Positions 9,651 through 19,835 of a stretch of 64,000 nt of DNA are shown here, piece after piece. The stretch covers positions 3,552,001-3,616,000 of the forward strand of contig OY759353.1 in assembly GCA_963662315.1 (NCBI GenBank). Reading direction: 5' to 3'. Source of the DNA: Geopsychrobacteraceae bacterium (GTDB taxonomy: Bacteria; Desulfobacterota; Desulfuromonadia; Desulfuromonadales; Geopsychrobacteraceae). The notes beneath the pieces are model-generated. The model did not search any database. It was not told the DNA's origin and was given only the letters and a program-made list of their open reading frames with translations. The position numbers and the translations under genes are program-made. The number at the start of each line of letters is the position of its first letter. The stretch's first letter is position 1.

Positions 9651-10325
9651 ATGATTATCACTAACCTGTTTAAGAAATTACCTGCGCTTGAATCCGAGCG
9701 AGTTCTGTTACGTCCCGTCTCCCTGAACGACACGAAAGATATTTTCGAGCTGCTGTCCGAGCCTGAAGTTGTGCGTTACACCCGCTATGAACATTTGAAA
9801 AAAATAACAGATGCCCAAATATTTATTCGACAGATTCTTGCCTGCTATCAGTCAAATAGTCCTTCACTCTGGGGGCTTTGCCATAAATCCAGGGGGAAGG
9901 TCATTGGTTTAGCCGGTTTCGTCACCTGGTCCATTTCTGATGCTCGTGCTGAACTAAGCTCTTTACTGTCTAAGTCCTTCTGGGGGCAGGGGTATTCGTC
10001 CGAAGCGACGCTGAGAATGCTTCTTTTCGGTTTTGATGTCATGGGCCTGAACCGTATTGAAGCGCACTGTATGCCGGAGAATGATGCTGCCTGTAAGGTT
10101 CTTGAAAAAGTTGGTATGACTTACGAGGGGACCTTGCGCGATATCCATTTCCTGCGGGGCAAATATTATACCCTGCGTCTTTATTCAATTTTACGGTCGG
10201 AATGGGAAGCGCAGCATAATATGTTTAGACAGGAGGGGAAATACGCCAATCCTCTGGGTGAAAATCTTTATGTGAACCGTCATCCGGTTAGTGCGGAGCA
10301 AGATAGTTTAGTTTTGAGCAATTAA
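9651..10325 (+). CDS. GNAT N-acetyltransferase, RimJ/RimL family
   Basis: LESERVLLRP, FWGQGYSSEA, GLNRIEA..N.A..KVLEKVGMTYEG.LR. Confidence 0.9.
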   Translation: MIITNLFKKLPALESERVLLRPVSLNDTKDIFELLSEPEVVRYTRYEHLKKITDAQIFIRQILACYQSNSPSLWGLCHKSRGKVIGLAGFVTWSISDARAELSSLLSKSFWGQGYSSEATLRMLLFGFDVMGLNRIEAHCMPENDAACKVLEKVGMTYEGTLRDIHFLRGKYYTLRLYSILRSEWEAQHNMFRQEGKYANPLGENLYVNRHPVSAEQDSLVLSN

Positions 10326-10363
10326 TTCATCAGTAATGATGATAACTTGATAAGAAGCCTGCC

Positions 10364-11671
10364 ATGAATGCAGTCGTGAACATGTGGGATAGGTCTGCTG
10401 AGAGTATGTCTCGTGAGCCGTTACGTGAACTACAGTTTCAGCGCTTAAAGGCAACCTTGCAGCGGGTTGCCAACAACGTACCCTGTTATCAGGAAAAGTT
10501 CAGGTTGGTCGGATTTCAGCCTGGTGATTTTGATTCCCTGGAAGATCTGCAAAAACTACCATTTACTTCCAAGGATGACCTGCGCCTGAATTATCCTTAC
10601 GGCATGTTTGCTGTTCCCTTGCGTGATGTGCTGCGGATCCATTCTTCGTCGGGAACGACAGGGAAACCGACGGTCGTTGGCTATACCGCAAGTGATATGC
10701 ATATCTGGGCTCATCTGGTGGCCAGGTTTATGACTGCTGCTGGAGTGACTGCTGAAGATGTGATCCAGGTTGCTTTTGGCTATGGATTATTTACCGGCGC
10801 CTTTGGCCTGGATTATGGTGCTGAGGCCATTGGTGCCGCCGTTATTCCCATGTCCGCGGGCAATACCGAAAAGCAGATTATGGTTATGCGGGATTTTGGG
10901 TCTTCTGTCTTAGCATGTACTCCTTCTTATGCTCTAACCATTGCTGATCACCTAGAAGAAAAAGGGATTCGTCCAGCACGTCTATCCCTTAAAATCGGAC
11001 TTTTCGGAGGCGAACCATGGAGTGAGCAGATGCGCTCGGAACTGGAGCTGCGTCTCGGTATTATAGCCACCGACAATTATGGTTTGTCTGAAGTTATGGG
11101 GCCCGGAGTCGCTGGCGACTGTTTTCATAAATGTGGCATGCACTTAGCTGAAGATCATTTTCTTGCTGAGATTATCGATCCTGAGACGGAAAAAGTTTTG
11201 CCCGATGGGTCTGTGGGCGAGTTGGTTATTACCAGCTTGACAAAGCAGGCGTTGCCTCTGGTTCGTTATCGTACCCATGATATCACTCGCCTGATCTGTG
11301 CCCCTTGTGAGTGTGGGCGCACCATGATCCGCATGGAAAAGCCCAGGGGGCGCAGCGATGATATGTTGATTATAAAAGGAGTCAATGTTTATCCCAGCCA
11401 GGTCGAAGAGGTCCTGCTTCAGGTTGACGGCTGCTCACCCCACTATCAATTGGTTGTTGATAGCTCCAGCAGTGTCAATTCTCTTGAGGTTCAGGTCGAA
11501 GTGAGTGACAGAATTTTTCTGAACAATATGACGAAACGTTGTCAGCTCATTGAAGAGATTCAAAAACGCCTGGGGGCTATGCTGGGAATCAGGGTCCAGG
11601 TTAAACTGGTAGAACCATTTACCATCAAACGGTATGAAGGAAAAGCATGTCATGTATTACGTCGACGATAG
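10364..11671 (+). CDS. paaK: Phenylacetate-CoA ligase family protein
   Basis: YPYGMFAVP, IHSSSGTTGKPTVVGYT, GYGLFTGAFG, DNYGLSEVMGPGV, GRSDDMLIIKGVNVYPSQVE. Confidence 0.9.
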   Translation: MNAVVNMWDRSAESMSREPLRELQFQRLKATLQRVANNVPCYQEKFRLVGFQPGDFDSLEDLQKLPFTSKDDLRLNYPYGMFAVPLRDVLRIHSSSGTTGKPTVVGYTASDMHIWAHLVARFMTAAGVTAEDVIQVAFGYGLFTGAFGLDYGAEAIGAAVIPMSAGNTEKQIMVMRDFGSSVLACTPSYALTIADHLEEKGIRPARLSLKIGLFGGEPWSEQMRSELELRLGIIATDNYGLSEVMGPGVAGDCFHKCGMHLAEDHFLAEIIDPETEKVLPDGSVGELVITSLTKQALPLVRYRTHDITRLICAPCECGRTMIRMEKPRGRSDDMLIIKGVNVYPSQVEEVLLQVDGCSPHYQLVVDSSSSVNSLEVQVEVSDRIFLNNMTKRCQLIEEIQKRLGAMLGIRVQVKLVEPFTIKRYEGKACHVLRRR

Positions 11672-11818
11672 CTCTTTGATTAAAAATGATGGCGATCAGG
11701 TTGCCCATGCGGTTGGACCGAATCTGTACCGTCATAATTCAGACAGTTATCCTCGTATAGCAAAATTGAAGTAATATGGATTGTTGCTTCAAGATCCCTG
11801 GTAAAACGTGGAGGTTAT

Positions 11819-12190
11819 ATGGGAAAAGCAGAATCAGAGCAGCAAAGGTTACTTGTTGCCAAGATGCGTAAAGATGAGCAATTACGCCAGTCGGGTTATC
11901 GAGAACAAGCCTTGAAACTGTTTCCCCATGTCTGCGCACGGTGCTCGCGTGAGTTTGAAGGAAAGAGCCTGCGGGAATTAACCGTTCACCACCGTGACCA
12001 TAATCATCACCATAATCCCACGGATGGCAGTAATTGGGAGCTGCTCTGCATCTACTGTCACGATCATGAACATACCCGGGGAATACAGGAGCAACGGGAT
12101 GATGTAGATACTTCAACCGGTATCAAACGGCCATCGCTTTCCTATTCTCCTTTTGATGCCTTGCGTAACAAGTTGAATCAAAGCGATTAG
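11819..12190 (+). CDS. YajD-family HNH nuclease
   Basis: YREQALKLFPHVCARCSREF...LTVHHRDHNH..NP.DGSNWELLCIYCHDHEH. Confidence 0.88.
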   Translation: MGKAESEQQRLLVAKMRKDEQLRQSGYREQALKLFPHVCARCSREFEGKSLRELTVHHRDHNHHHNPTDGSNWELLCIYCHDHEHTRGIQEQRDDVDTSTGIKRPSLSYSPFDALRNKLNQSD

Positions 12191-12266
12191 AGGCTGAGCT
12201 GGATGCTACTGTTGAGCAACACAATTCTGGATTAATAATTGTGCCCCATCAGGGACGGGCGCTTGC

Positions 12267-12881
12267 TTACGGTTCGGAAATTTGAATCTGTCCCGAACTG
12301 ATGTCGGTTAGCCTTAAGCTCAGTGCGTGGAATTGTTCAGTGGGCAGGCGCAGAGACAGGGTTATGTCCGCGCTGAAGCTTTCGCCAAGTAATTCGCTTT
12401 CATAATCAGGCAGCAGGCGTTTGACAACCGTTAGCAGGGAATAGGGGATGATGCAGCGGATGTAGCGCCAATCAACTTTTTCGGCCAGCGGCAATTGCTC
12501 AATGGCGGTCTGCACCGCAAGGGTGTAGGCTTTGACCATCCCCCCTTTGCCAAGCTTGATCCCACCAAAGAAACGCGTCACAACGACGGCAATGTCTCCA
12601 ATACCGCTGTGTTGCAGCGTCGTTAGCATCGGTTTTCCCGCGACTCCATGTGGTTCGCCATCATCACTTAAGCCAATGCGGTCGGTGCTGCCCGGCGCAC
12701 CACAGATGAAGGCCCAGCAGTTGTGGTTGGCGGTTGGGAATTCCTGCTTAACGCGCGCGACAAAAGCCAGTGCTTCATCCTGGGTTTCAACCTGTTCGAT
12801 CGTGGCAATGAAGCGGCTGCGCTGAACGTCTATTTCGCAGCGCAGTGTGTTCGCCGGTATGGGGTAGCGGGTTTGGGTCAT
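12267..12881 (-). CDS. yigZ: YigZ/IMPACT family protein
   Basis: SRFIA, ANHNCWAF, SDDGEPHGVAGKPML, VVTRFFGGIKLGKGG. Confidence 0.92.
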   Translation of the reverse strand: MTQTRYPIPANTLRCEIDVQRSRFIATIEQVETQDEALAFVARVKQEFPTANHNCWAFICGAPGSTDRIGLSDDGEPHGVAGKPMLTTLQHSGIGDIAVVVTRFFGGIKLGKGGMVKAYTLAVQTAIEQLPLAEKVDWRYIRCIIPYSLLTVVKRLLPDYESELLGESFSADITLSLRLPTEQFHALSLRLTDISSGQIQISEP

Positions 12882-12885
12882 AAGC

Positions 12886-12917
12886 AAAAAGGCCTCCGGC
12901 TGGCAGGCCGGAGGCTT
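12886..12917 (-). terminator. Terminator-like hairpin between lspA and yigZ
   Basis: Minus strand reads GCCTCCGGC-CTGCCA-GCCGGAGGC-CTTTTT. Confidence 0.6.
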
Positions 12918-12923
12918 GAAGGT

Positions 12924-13412
12924 TCAGATACCTTTAGACTTCTGGTGACGTTCTTCATGCCAGGTACAGATCAGCATAATGGCAACGCCAATGCAAATTG
13001 CGCTGTCGGCGATGTTAAAGGCTGGCCAGTGATAGTTGTACCAGTGGACATCCAGAAAATCGATGACTTCTCCGAGTCGGGCGCGATCGATAAAGTTACC
13101 GAGCGCGCCACTCAGAATAAGCCCCAGGCTGGTCAGCTGCCATTGCTTGTCCGCGGCAACTTTACGCACATACCAAAGGATAGCGCTAATAGCGATAACC
13201 GAAATACTTAAAAAAAACGGTATGCGAATAGTACTGTTTGATAAAATGCCGAATGCCGCTCCCGCATTACGCACATAAGTAATATGAAAAAAATGACTGA
13301 TTACCTGGTGCGATTCGCCAAGGGCAAAGTTGCTATCAATGTAAATTTTGCTCAGCTGATCAAGAATAAGGCTGATGATCGTGGCCAAAGCAAAGTACCT
13401 GTATTTATGCAT
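12924..13412 (-). CDS. lspA: Lipoprotein signal peptidase II
   Basis: DQLSK, NAGAAFG, GALGNFIDR, VIDFLD, WPAFNIADSAI. Start MHKY lies immediately after the ileS stop. Confidence 0.96.
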   Translation of the reverse strand: MHKYRYFALATIISLILDQLSKIYIDSNFALGESHQVISHFFHITYVRNAGAAFGILSNSTIRIPFFLSISVIAISAILWYVRKVAADKQWQLTSLGLILSGALGNFIDRARLGEVIDFLDVHWYNYHWPAFNIADSAICIGVAIMLICTWHEERHQKSKGI

Positions 13413-13413
13413 G

Positions 13414-16194
13414 TTACTCCGCCGCCAGGGCTGCGGCACAACGGTCGCAGACAGTCGGGTGTTCAGTGTCCTCGCCAACGCTGGTTGCGTAATTCCAGCA
13501 GCGTTCGCATTTTTCACCTTCAGCTGCCACAACCTGCAGCTTTAGCCCTGGAATCTGGTCGGCATTCTGTCCGTCAGCCAGATCGCCAACAATCTCGACC
13601 TGAGAAACGATAAAGTAGGCTGGCAGAAGATCGCTGTATTGAGCCAACAGTTCTTTAAGCTCAGCTGGCGCTTGCAGAATGACTTTGGCTTCCAGGGACT
13701 GGCCGATACGCTTTTCGGCACGAGCTTTTTCTAACACCTTTGAGACCTCGGAACGAACCTTCTGCAGTTTTTCATAACGTGCTTCAAGCTCATCGTTGCA
13801 GTAGCCGCTGATAGCATCCGGGAAGGCGGCCAGATGGACACTGGCTTCTTTATCGCCTGGCAGCAATTGCCAGATTTCATCGGCGGTGAAGCTGAGAACC
13901 GGTGCGATCAGGCGGGTCAGGGCATCGAGAATGCGGTACATGGTTGAGCGTGCGCTACGATATTCGATACTCGTTTTGGGACTGGTGTAGAGCCGGTCCT
14001 TAAGAATGTCGAGATAGAAGGCGCTTAAGTCCACGGTGCAGAAGTTGTGGACGGCATGGTAGAAAACGTGGAATTCGTATTTGTTGTATGCGCCCTCAAC
14101 GCGCTTAATGAGGCGCTCAAGTTTGGCCAGAGCCCAGCGGTCAAGTTCGAGCAGCTCTGCGTCGGCAACGATGTCGGTTTTGGGGTCAAAACCATTGAGG
14201 TTGCCGATCAGATAGCGGGCGGTGTTGCGAATCCGGCGGTAGGCGTCGGACAAACGTTGCAGGGTTTCCTGCCCAAGTTTGATGTCATCGCGATAATCGG
14301 TTGCCGCAACCCACATGCGCAGAATTTCAGCACCGAATTTCTGGATGATTTCCTCCGGAGCGATAACGTTCCCCATCGATTTGGACATGGGGCGTCCGTC
14401 TTTATCGAGGACGAAGCCGTGGGTCAGAACCGACTTGTAAGGGGCGCGGTCACGGGTGCCGACCGATTCGAGCAAGCTGGAGTGGAACCAGCCGCGGTGC
14501 TGGTCAGATCCTTCCAGGTACATGTCAACCGGGCTGCCGAGGTAATCACGTCGTTCGCAGACGGCAGCGTGGGACACGCCGGAGTCGAACCAGACATCGA
14601 GAATATCTGATTCTTTGGTGAATTTATCGTGACCACAGGCGGGGCAGGTCGTTCCCGGGGGTAACAGTTCTGAGGCATCTTTTTCAAACCAGACATCACT
14701 GCCGGTTTCTTCAAACTGATCGGCGATGTAATGCATGATTTTGCCATCATTGAGGGCTTCACCACATTTTTCACAGTAAGCGATGGTGATCGGGACGCCC
14801 CAGCTGCGCTGGCGACTGATACACCAGTCCGGACGACCGGCGACCATGTTGTAGATGCGGTCATGCCCCCAGGAGGGGATCCATTCAACCTTGTCAATCT
14901 CTGCCAGGGCTTTCTCGCGCAGGTTGTTCTCATCCATGCTGATGAACCACTGCTCGGTAGCGCGGAAGATGACCGGCTTCTTGCAGCGCCAGCAGTGTGG
15001 ATAGCTGTGGTTGACCGTGCTTTCATAAAGCAGGGCGCCGACTTCGGTCAGTTTTTCACTGACGGCCTGGTTAGCGTCGGCAAGCTTCATGCCGCCGAAC
15101 AGTTCCATGTCTTCGCGGTAGCGACCGTAGTCATCAACCGGGTTGTAGATTTCCAGACCGTATTTAAGGCCGATCAGATAGTCGTCATGACCATGACCGG
15201 GCGCGGTATGGACACAACCGGTACCCGCTTCGAGGGTAACGTGATCGCCGAGCATGAGCAGGGAGTTGCGGTCGTAGAACGGATGTTTGCAGTTTTTATT
15301 GTCGAACAGCGGTGCTGCAAAAGTCGCAGCGACTTTATAATCGTCAATAGCGAGGGTTTTCAGGACCTGCTGGTAAAGTCCTTCGGCCATGACCAGATAC
15401 TCACCGCCGGTTTCAACCGCAACGTAGCTCAGTTCCGGGTTCAGACAAACGCCCAGGTTGGCCGGAATGGTCCACGGGGTGGTGGTCCAGATGACAAAGA
15501 ACAGTGGCTTGTCAGCCAATTGAGTCAGTTCTGCAGGCAGTTCGTCAACATAGGGAAACTTGACGAAGATCGATGGCGAGGTGTGATCGTCGTACTCAAC
15601 TTCAGCTTCTGCCAGAGCGGTCACACAGGAAGAACACCAGTGGATCGGTTTTTTCCCTTTGAACAGTGAGCCTTTTTCAGCGAGGCGGGCCAGTTCTCGT
15701 GCGGTGGCCGCTTCGTAATGGGTGCTCATGGTCAGATAGGGATCTTTCCAGTTGCCGAAAATACCCAGGCGCTGGAATTCCTCAGCCTGGGTCTGAATCC
15801 AGACTTTGGCATATTCGCGACATTCACGGCGGAAATCGGCCTTGCTCATCTCCCGTTTCTTCTTGCCCAGCTTTTTGTCAACCATCAGCTCAATCGGCAG
15901 GCCGTGACAGTCCCAGCCCGGCACATACGGGGCAAAATAACCCTGCATGCGCTTACTTTTGATGATGATGTCCTTCAGGATCTTGTTCAGGGCGTGCCCC
16001 ATGTGGATATGACCGTTGGCATAGGGGGGGCCGTCGTGCAGGATAAAGCTGTCTTTACCTTTGTTGGCTGCTTCGACTTGATTATTCAGGCCGTTCAGCT
16101 GCCATTGGTTGAGCATTTCCGGTTCCCGGTTGGGCAGGTTGGCGCGCATCGGGAAGTCGGTTTCGGGAAGATTTAAAGTGTTTTTATAGTCCAT
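13414..16194 (-). CDS. ileS: Isoleucine--tRNA ligase (type 1)
   Basis: MDYKNTLNLPETDFPMR, LHDGPPYANG, HMGH, GWDCHGLPIE, WCISRQR, EGSDQHRGWF, PMSKS; C-terminal zinc finger CERCW...CDRC. Confidence 0.98.
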   Translation of the reverse strand: MDYKNTLNLPETDFPMRANLPNREPEMLNQWQLNGLNNQVEAANKGKDSFILHDGPPYANGHIHMGHALNKILKDIIIKSKRMQGYFAPYVPGWDCHGLPIELMVDKKLGKKKREMSKADFRRECREYAKVWIQTQAEEFQRLGIFGNWKDPYLTMSTHYEAATARELARLAEKGSLFKGKKPIHWCSSCVTALAEAEVEYDDHTSPSIFVKFPYVDELPAELTQLADKPLFFVIWTTTPWTIPANLGVCLNPELSYVAVETGGEYLVMAEGLYQQVLKTLAIDDYKVAATFAAPLFDNKNCKHPFYDRNSLLMLGDHVTLEAGTGCVHTAPGHGHDDYLIGLKYGLEIYNPVDDYGRYREDMELFGGMKLADANQAVSEKLTEVGALLYESTVNHSYPHCWRCKKPVIFRATEQWFISMDENNLREKALAEIDKVEWIPSWGHDRIYNMVAGRPDWCISRQRSWGVPITIAYCEKCGEALNDGKIMHYIADQFEETGSDVWFEKDASELLPPGTTCPACGHDKFTKESDILDVWFDSGVSHAAVCERRDYLGSPVDMYLEGSDQHRGWFHSSLLESVGTRDRAPYKSVLTHGFVLDKDGRPMSKSMGNVIAPEEIIQKFGAEILRMWVAATDYRDDIKLGQETLQRLSDAYRRIRNTARYLIGNLNGFDPKTDIVADAELLELDRWALAKLERLIKRVEGAYNKYEFHVFYHAVHNFCTVDLSAFYLDILKDRLYTSPKTSIEYRSARSTMYRILDALTRLIAPVLSFTADEIWQLLPGDKEASVHLAAFPDAISGYCNDELEARYEKLQKVRSEVSKVLEKARAEKRIGQSLEAKVILQAPAELKELLAQYSDLLPAYFIVSQVEIVGDLADGQNADQIPGLKLQVVAAEGEKCERCWNYATSVGEDTEHPTVCDRCAAALAAE

Positions 16195-16434
16195 GCCATT
16201 ACTCTTTCGCAGGGATAAAATAAATGATTCGTGGTGAAAACTAATCCGGCAGGCTAACAAATGCAGCCTTTAAGTTCAAGAGGAAAGGCCCCGTTTATAC
16301 GGCTAAAGATCTATTTTTGTGAGGGTTAAGGGAACCTAAGGGGCATTAAATACAGAGGGATGCTGCGGTGATAGGATGGCGGCACCTGTAACCGTAAGTT
16401 TTCCGCTTGGAAAAGGCCCCTTTTCGGCTGAGAA

Positions 16435-17208
16435 CTAGTTAATTTGGCCCATCAGATTCGCCCACAACATGCCCAGTTCTTCGTGCAGCCAGTATTCACT
16501 GTTAGCCAGACTTTGGGCTGACGGAAAGGTCAGCCAGCGTTGCTGTGGTTTAGTGAAGTGTCCGGTCGGAGCCGGGATTGGCTGCAGACCAGCGTGGTTA
16601 AACAAGCCAAGCGCTCTGGGCATATGGACGGCGGTTGTCACCAGGACCAGTTTTTGTTCTGGGAATTTCTCAGCAATCAGCTGAGCTTCTTCAAAGGTGT
16701 CCTGAGGTCCTGTTAAGGTCACAATATCAGTTTCAGGAACCCCAAGATCCATCGCCAGCTGTTTCAGCTTTTCCGGGTAAGAGGCACTGTCTGCCGGGAT
16801 TCCTGCGTAGCCGGTAAAAATTAGTTTACTTCCCGGATTAAGACGGTAGATGCGAATTCCTTCCGCCAGCCTGACAATGCCAATGTCATCAATCTGACTG
16901 GTGAGGGGAAGGTTATCGTCAGACTGATGCCAGCTGCCCAGGACCACGATACCATCGACGGGTTGTTCCGATTGTTGATAGGTCGGAATGGTCATTTCGT
17001 ATTCGGCCATGAACGGGCGATTTAGGGGGGGGTAGCTGGTGAAAGTCAACAATGCTGTTGCCAGGGCGACAATTAGGATACCCAACCAACGCGTCTTGCG
17101 GCGCAGCAACAAGAGCAGTGCCCACACCAGTAGCAGTAATGACAAGGGGATTGGCATGACCAGCGTGCCAAGGAATTTTTTAAGCAGGAACAGGTAGTGA
17201 TCGATCAT
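16435..17208 (-). CDS. ElyC/SanA/YdcF (DUF218) envelope protein
   Basis: N-terminal TM helices, IVVLG, RLAEGIR, DTFEEA, LVTTAVHMPRA, HEELG. Confidence 0.85.
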   Translation of the reverse strand: MIDHYLFLLKKFLGTLVMPIPLSLLLLVWALLLLLRRKTRWLGILIVALATALLTFTSYPPLNRPFMAEYEMTIPTYQQSEQPVDGIVVLGSWHQSDDNLPLTSQIDDIGIVRLAEGIRIYRLNPGSKLIFTGYAGIPADSASYPEKLKQLAMDLGVPETDIVTLTGPQDTFEEAQLIAEKFPEQKLVLVTTAVHMPRALGLFNHAGLQPIPAPTGHFTKPQQRWLTFPSAQSLANSEYWLHEELGMLWANLMGQIN

Positions 17209-17308
17209 CGTTCACCTAAAGTGTTCAGGAAAGAGGGAATATGCTGAACCCTAGCGCAGACGTGAAAATAGATCAAGTAAGTTGTTGATTAGATAAAGAT
17301 TTTATTCT

Positions 17309-17983
17309 TTAGATCAGATTCTTTTGAGCGTAATGGCAAAGGCTTTGGCATGGACAATCCGAGCACTTAGGTAGTTTTTTACACACATCCTTGCAGTGAA
17401 TTACGATCAGCGCATGGTACTCATTGTAGAGCTGAACGTCGCCGGGCAGATTGGCCATGAACAGATTACGTGCCTGTTCATAGGTTTCATTACCGCCGAG
17501 AATGCCCAGGCGCTGAAAAACGCGATTGGTATAAGCATCGATAACAAAGGAGAGGTGGTCTCCGGCATAAAGCAGAATCGAATCGGCGGTTTCCGGACCG
17601 ATACCTTTGAGGGAGAGTAATTCCTGGCGTAATGGAGCGATCTTTTGCTGCAACATGGTAGACAACTGCCCCTGGTGGCGATGTTCGAGATGCTGGCAGA
17701 AGCGCTTTAACCGCTCAGCTTTCTGGCGAAAGAAACCCGCTGGCCTGATCAGTTGCTCAAGGTCGCTCTGTTCAAGAGACAGGATGGCCTGGCACGAAAG
17801 GACTCTGGCTTGTTTCAGATTGGCAATGGCTTGTTCGACATTCCTCCAGTTGGTGTTCTGGGTCAGAAACGCTCCGAGAACGACTTCAAACGGCGAATCG
17901 GCCGGCCACCAGTTCTGGGGACCGTAGTGATGGTGCAGAGTGGTATAAATATCTGTCAATGTCAGATTGTGATGTGCTGTCAT
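17309..17983 (-). CDS. Endonuclease III-related HhH-GPD DNA glycosylase
   Basis: GPQNWWPADSPFEV, LTQNTNW, LKGIGPETADSILLYA; C-terminal Fe-S motif CKKLPKCSDCPCQSLC. Confidence 0.9.
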   Translation of the reverse strand: MTAHHNLTLTDIYTTLHHHYGPQNWWPADSPFEVVLGAFLTQNTNWRNVEQAIANLKQARVLSCQAILSLEQSDLEQLIRPAGFFRQKAERLKRFCQHLEHRHQGQLSTMLQQKIAPLRQELLSLKGIGPETADSILLYAGDHLSFVIDAYTNRVFQRLGILGGNETYEQARNLFMANLPGDVQLYNEYHALIVIHCKDVCKKLPKCSDCPCQSLCHYAQKNLI

Positions 17984-18036
17984 ATCTCCAGGTTGCTTTG
18001 GCGGCATTTCGGGAATTCAGATTTTAATCAGACTTC

Positions 18037-19083
18037 ATGTACATACTGCCAGTTTCCAGAAAAAATTTCAGCTCTACAATGACCAGTTCTTTTATGATGA
18101 ATTCCGTTGCGGGGGATGGTGTGGATAAAAATACAACAGCAGCTGGGCAAAGTTTTACAAAGCAGATTTTATTACTGGTTCTTTTGATCATTTGGGGTGC
18201 TGGAACGGCCTTCTGCCAACAGGAAGTTCCTGCACTTAGAGAACGGGTGACAGACACGGCCTCTCTTTTAAGTAAGACAACCACAAACCAACTTGAGGAA
18301 AAACTGAAAAACTATGAGGCGCATACCGGTAATCAGATCGCGGTATTGATCATTGATGGTCTTGAAGGGGAGACCATCGAATCTTATGCCCTTGAGGTTT
18401 TTAATTCCTGGTGTTTGGGAAGAGCAGGTGAGGACAATGGTGTTTTACTGGTGGTTGCGGTGCGCGACCGGAGGGTGCGCATCGAAGTAGGCTATGGTTT
18501 AGAAGGAACCTTGACCGATTTACTCGCCGGGAGAATTATTGATCAGATCATAGTCCCGCAATTTAAAGAAGGGCATTTCGATCAAGGGATCGCTCAGGGG
18601 GTTGACAGCATTATGGCAATTCTGGGCGGGGATCAGCAGGCGCAGAAGCATTTGAAGGTTTCTTCCCGGCGAGCTGATCGAAACACTTCTCCAGATTTTG
18701 TTGACTATGTCTTTTGCACTTCAATGGTCATACTGGTTATTGCGTTTACCAGTATTGGCGTTGTTTTTTTGCGTGGCGCAGGGTGTTTGTTTGTTGTCAG
18801 TGCGTTTATTCTGGTAATTGTCGGTAACCTGTTGTCTGGGGAATGGGTGGGTGCCATTATGGTTGTCGTCTATATGGTAATTATTGCTGGGGCGCAAAGG
18901 TATGTTCAACGCTACCCATGGTACCGGGAACACCTGGCCGTTTATCAGAAGCGCAAACGAGAGAAAGCCAGACTTGGAGGGCGAGGTTCTTCCTCTCGTT
19001 CTTCTGGTGGAGGTAGGTCTGGGGGTGGTTTTTCCGGTGGTGGAGGTAGCTCGGGTGGCGGTGGTGCCTCTGGAAGTTGGTGA
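18037..19083 (+). CDS. TPM domain (YgcG-like) membrane protein; start uncertain
   Basis: VTDTASLLS, QIAVL, DNGVLLVVAVRDRRVRIEVGYGLEG.LTD; Gly-rich tail GGGGSSGGGGASGSW. Confidence 0.9.
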   Translation: MYILPVSRKNFSSTMTSSFMMNSVAGDGVDKNTTAAGQSFTKQILLLVLLIIWGAGTAFCQQEVPALRERVTDTASLLSKTTTNQLEEKLKNYEAHTGNQIAVLIIDGLEGETIESYALEVFNSWCLGRAGEDNGVLLVVAVRDRRVRIEVGYGLEGTLTDLLAGRIIDQIIVPQFKEGHFDQGIAQGVDSIMAILGGDQQAQKHLKVSSRRADRNTSPDFVDYVFCTSMVILVIAFTSIGVVFLRGAGCLFVVSAFILVIVGNLLSGEWVGAIMVVVYMVIIAGAQRYVQRYPWYREHLAVYQKRKREKARLGGRGSSSRSSGGGRSGGGFSGGGGSSGGGGASGSW

Positions 19084-19136
19084 TTAGCTGCATTATGCAG
19101 CTGGTTTTCTAACAGTTATGACGCAGCGGTATTTGT

Positions 19137-19835
19137 CTAGGCTGCGACTTCTGGTAAAAAGGAGATATCAACAACGTAAGTTTTCGGATTGTTGCGATCA
19201 ATAAACACCGTCAGGCTCTCTTTGTTGATGTAGGCTGTCGGATCAAACCAGATGTTGTTGCTATTAAAAACATGAATTTTACCTGTTGCCGGATTCTGCC
19301 ACTGACATACCACGCGGTATGGATGACGGCTGTTGACTGAATATCTCTCGTTCAGTTCCACATGGCAAAATTTTGCATCAACCGGTTTCCCCGTGGCTTT
19401 CAGGCGTTCATTACGGCGTTTTTCCCGAGCTTGCAGAAAAGGTAACCCCGCTCCGATAAAGAAGAAAACACTCCCTATAGATCCCATAATAATGGCGCCC
19501 AGCCAGAGGGATAAAAAGCTATTAATCCGGGCATCATCAATATTGTCTGGCCGATAAAGAACGTCAACGCTCTCCCCAACATCATAGGTGGGTGGGGTAC
19601 TGCCGGGAGAAGACATCACCTGCACGTGTTGACCGTCTGTGGTGACAAACTCAACAACCGGATAATAGGTGTCTGAATCGCCAGAGCGACGACGGACATT
19701 TTCCACAACTCGCCCTTCCGTCAGTTGCGCTTTGGCAGTGAAATAGAGGGTGTTTGTGGCAATGAAACAGGCGCCGATCAGCATGCTGGCACCAACCAGG
19801 GCGAATAATGCGTAGACCACCATGACTGCTTTCAT
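19137..19835 (-). CDS. DUF3592-like membrane protein
   Basis: TM helix, then EGRVVE...YYPVVEF.T.DG...YDVGESVDVLYRP, then a second TM and a C-terminal beta domain. Confidence 0.75.
   Translation of the reverse strand: MKAVMVVYALFALVGASMLIGACFIATNTLYFTAKAQLTEGRVVENVRRRSGDSDTYYPVVEFVTTDGQHVQVMSSPGSTPPTYDVGESVDVLYRPDNIDDARINSFLSLWLGAIIMGSIGSVFFFIGAGLPFLQAREKRRNERLKATGKPVDAKFCHVELNERYSVNSRHPYRVVCQWQNPATGKIHVFNSNNIWFDPTAYINKESLTVFIDRNNPKTYVVDISFLPEVAA

Noticed and set aside
14047..16176. Several long + strand ORFs (187, 312, 152 aa)
   Set aside because: Antisense shadows of ileS, expected from codon bias.
18975..19080. GGT/GGA-rich repetitive tract
   Set aside because: Encodes the normal Gly/Ser-rich tail of TPM-domain proteins.
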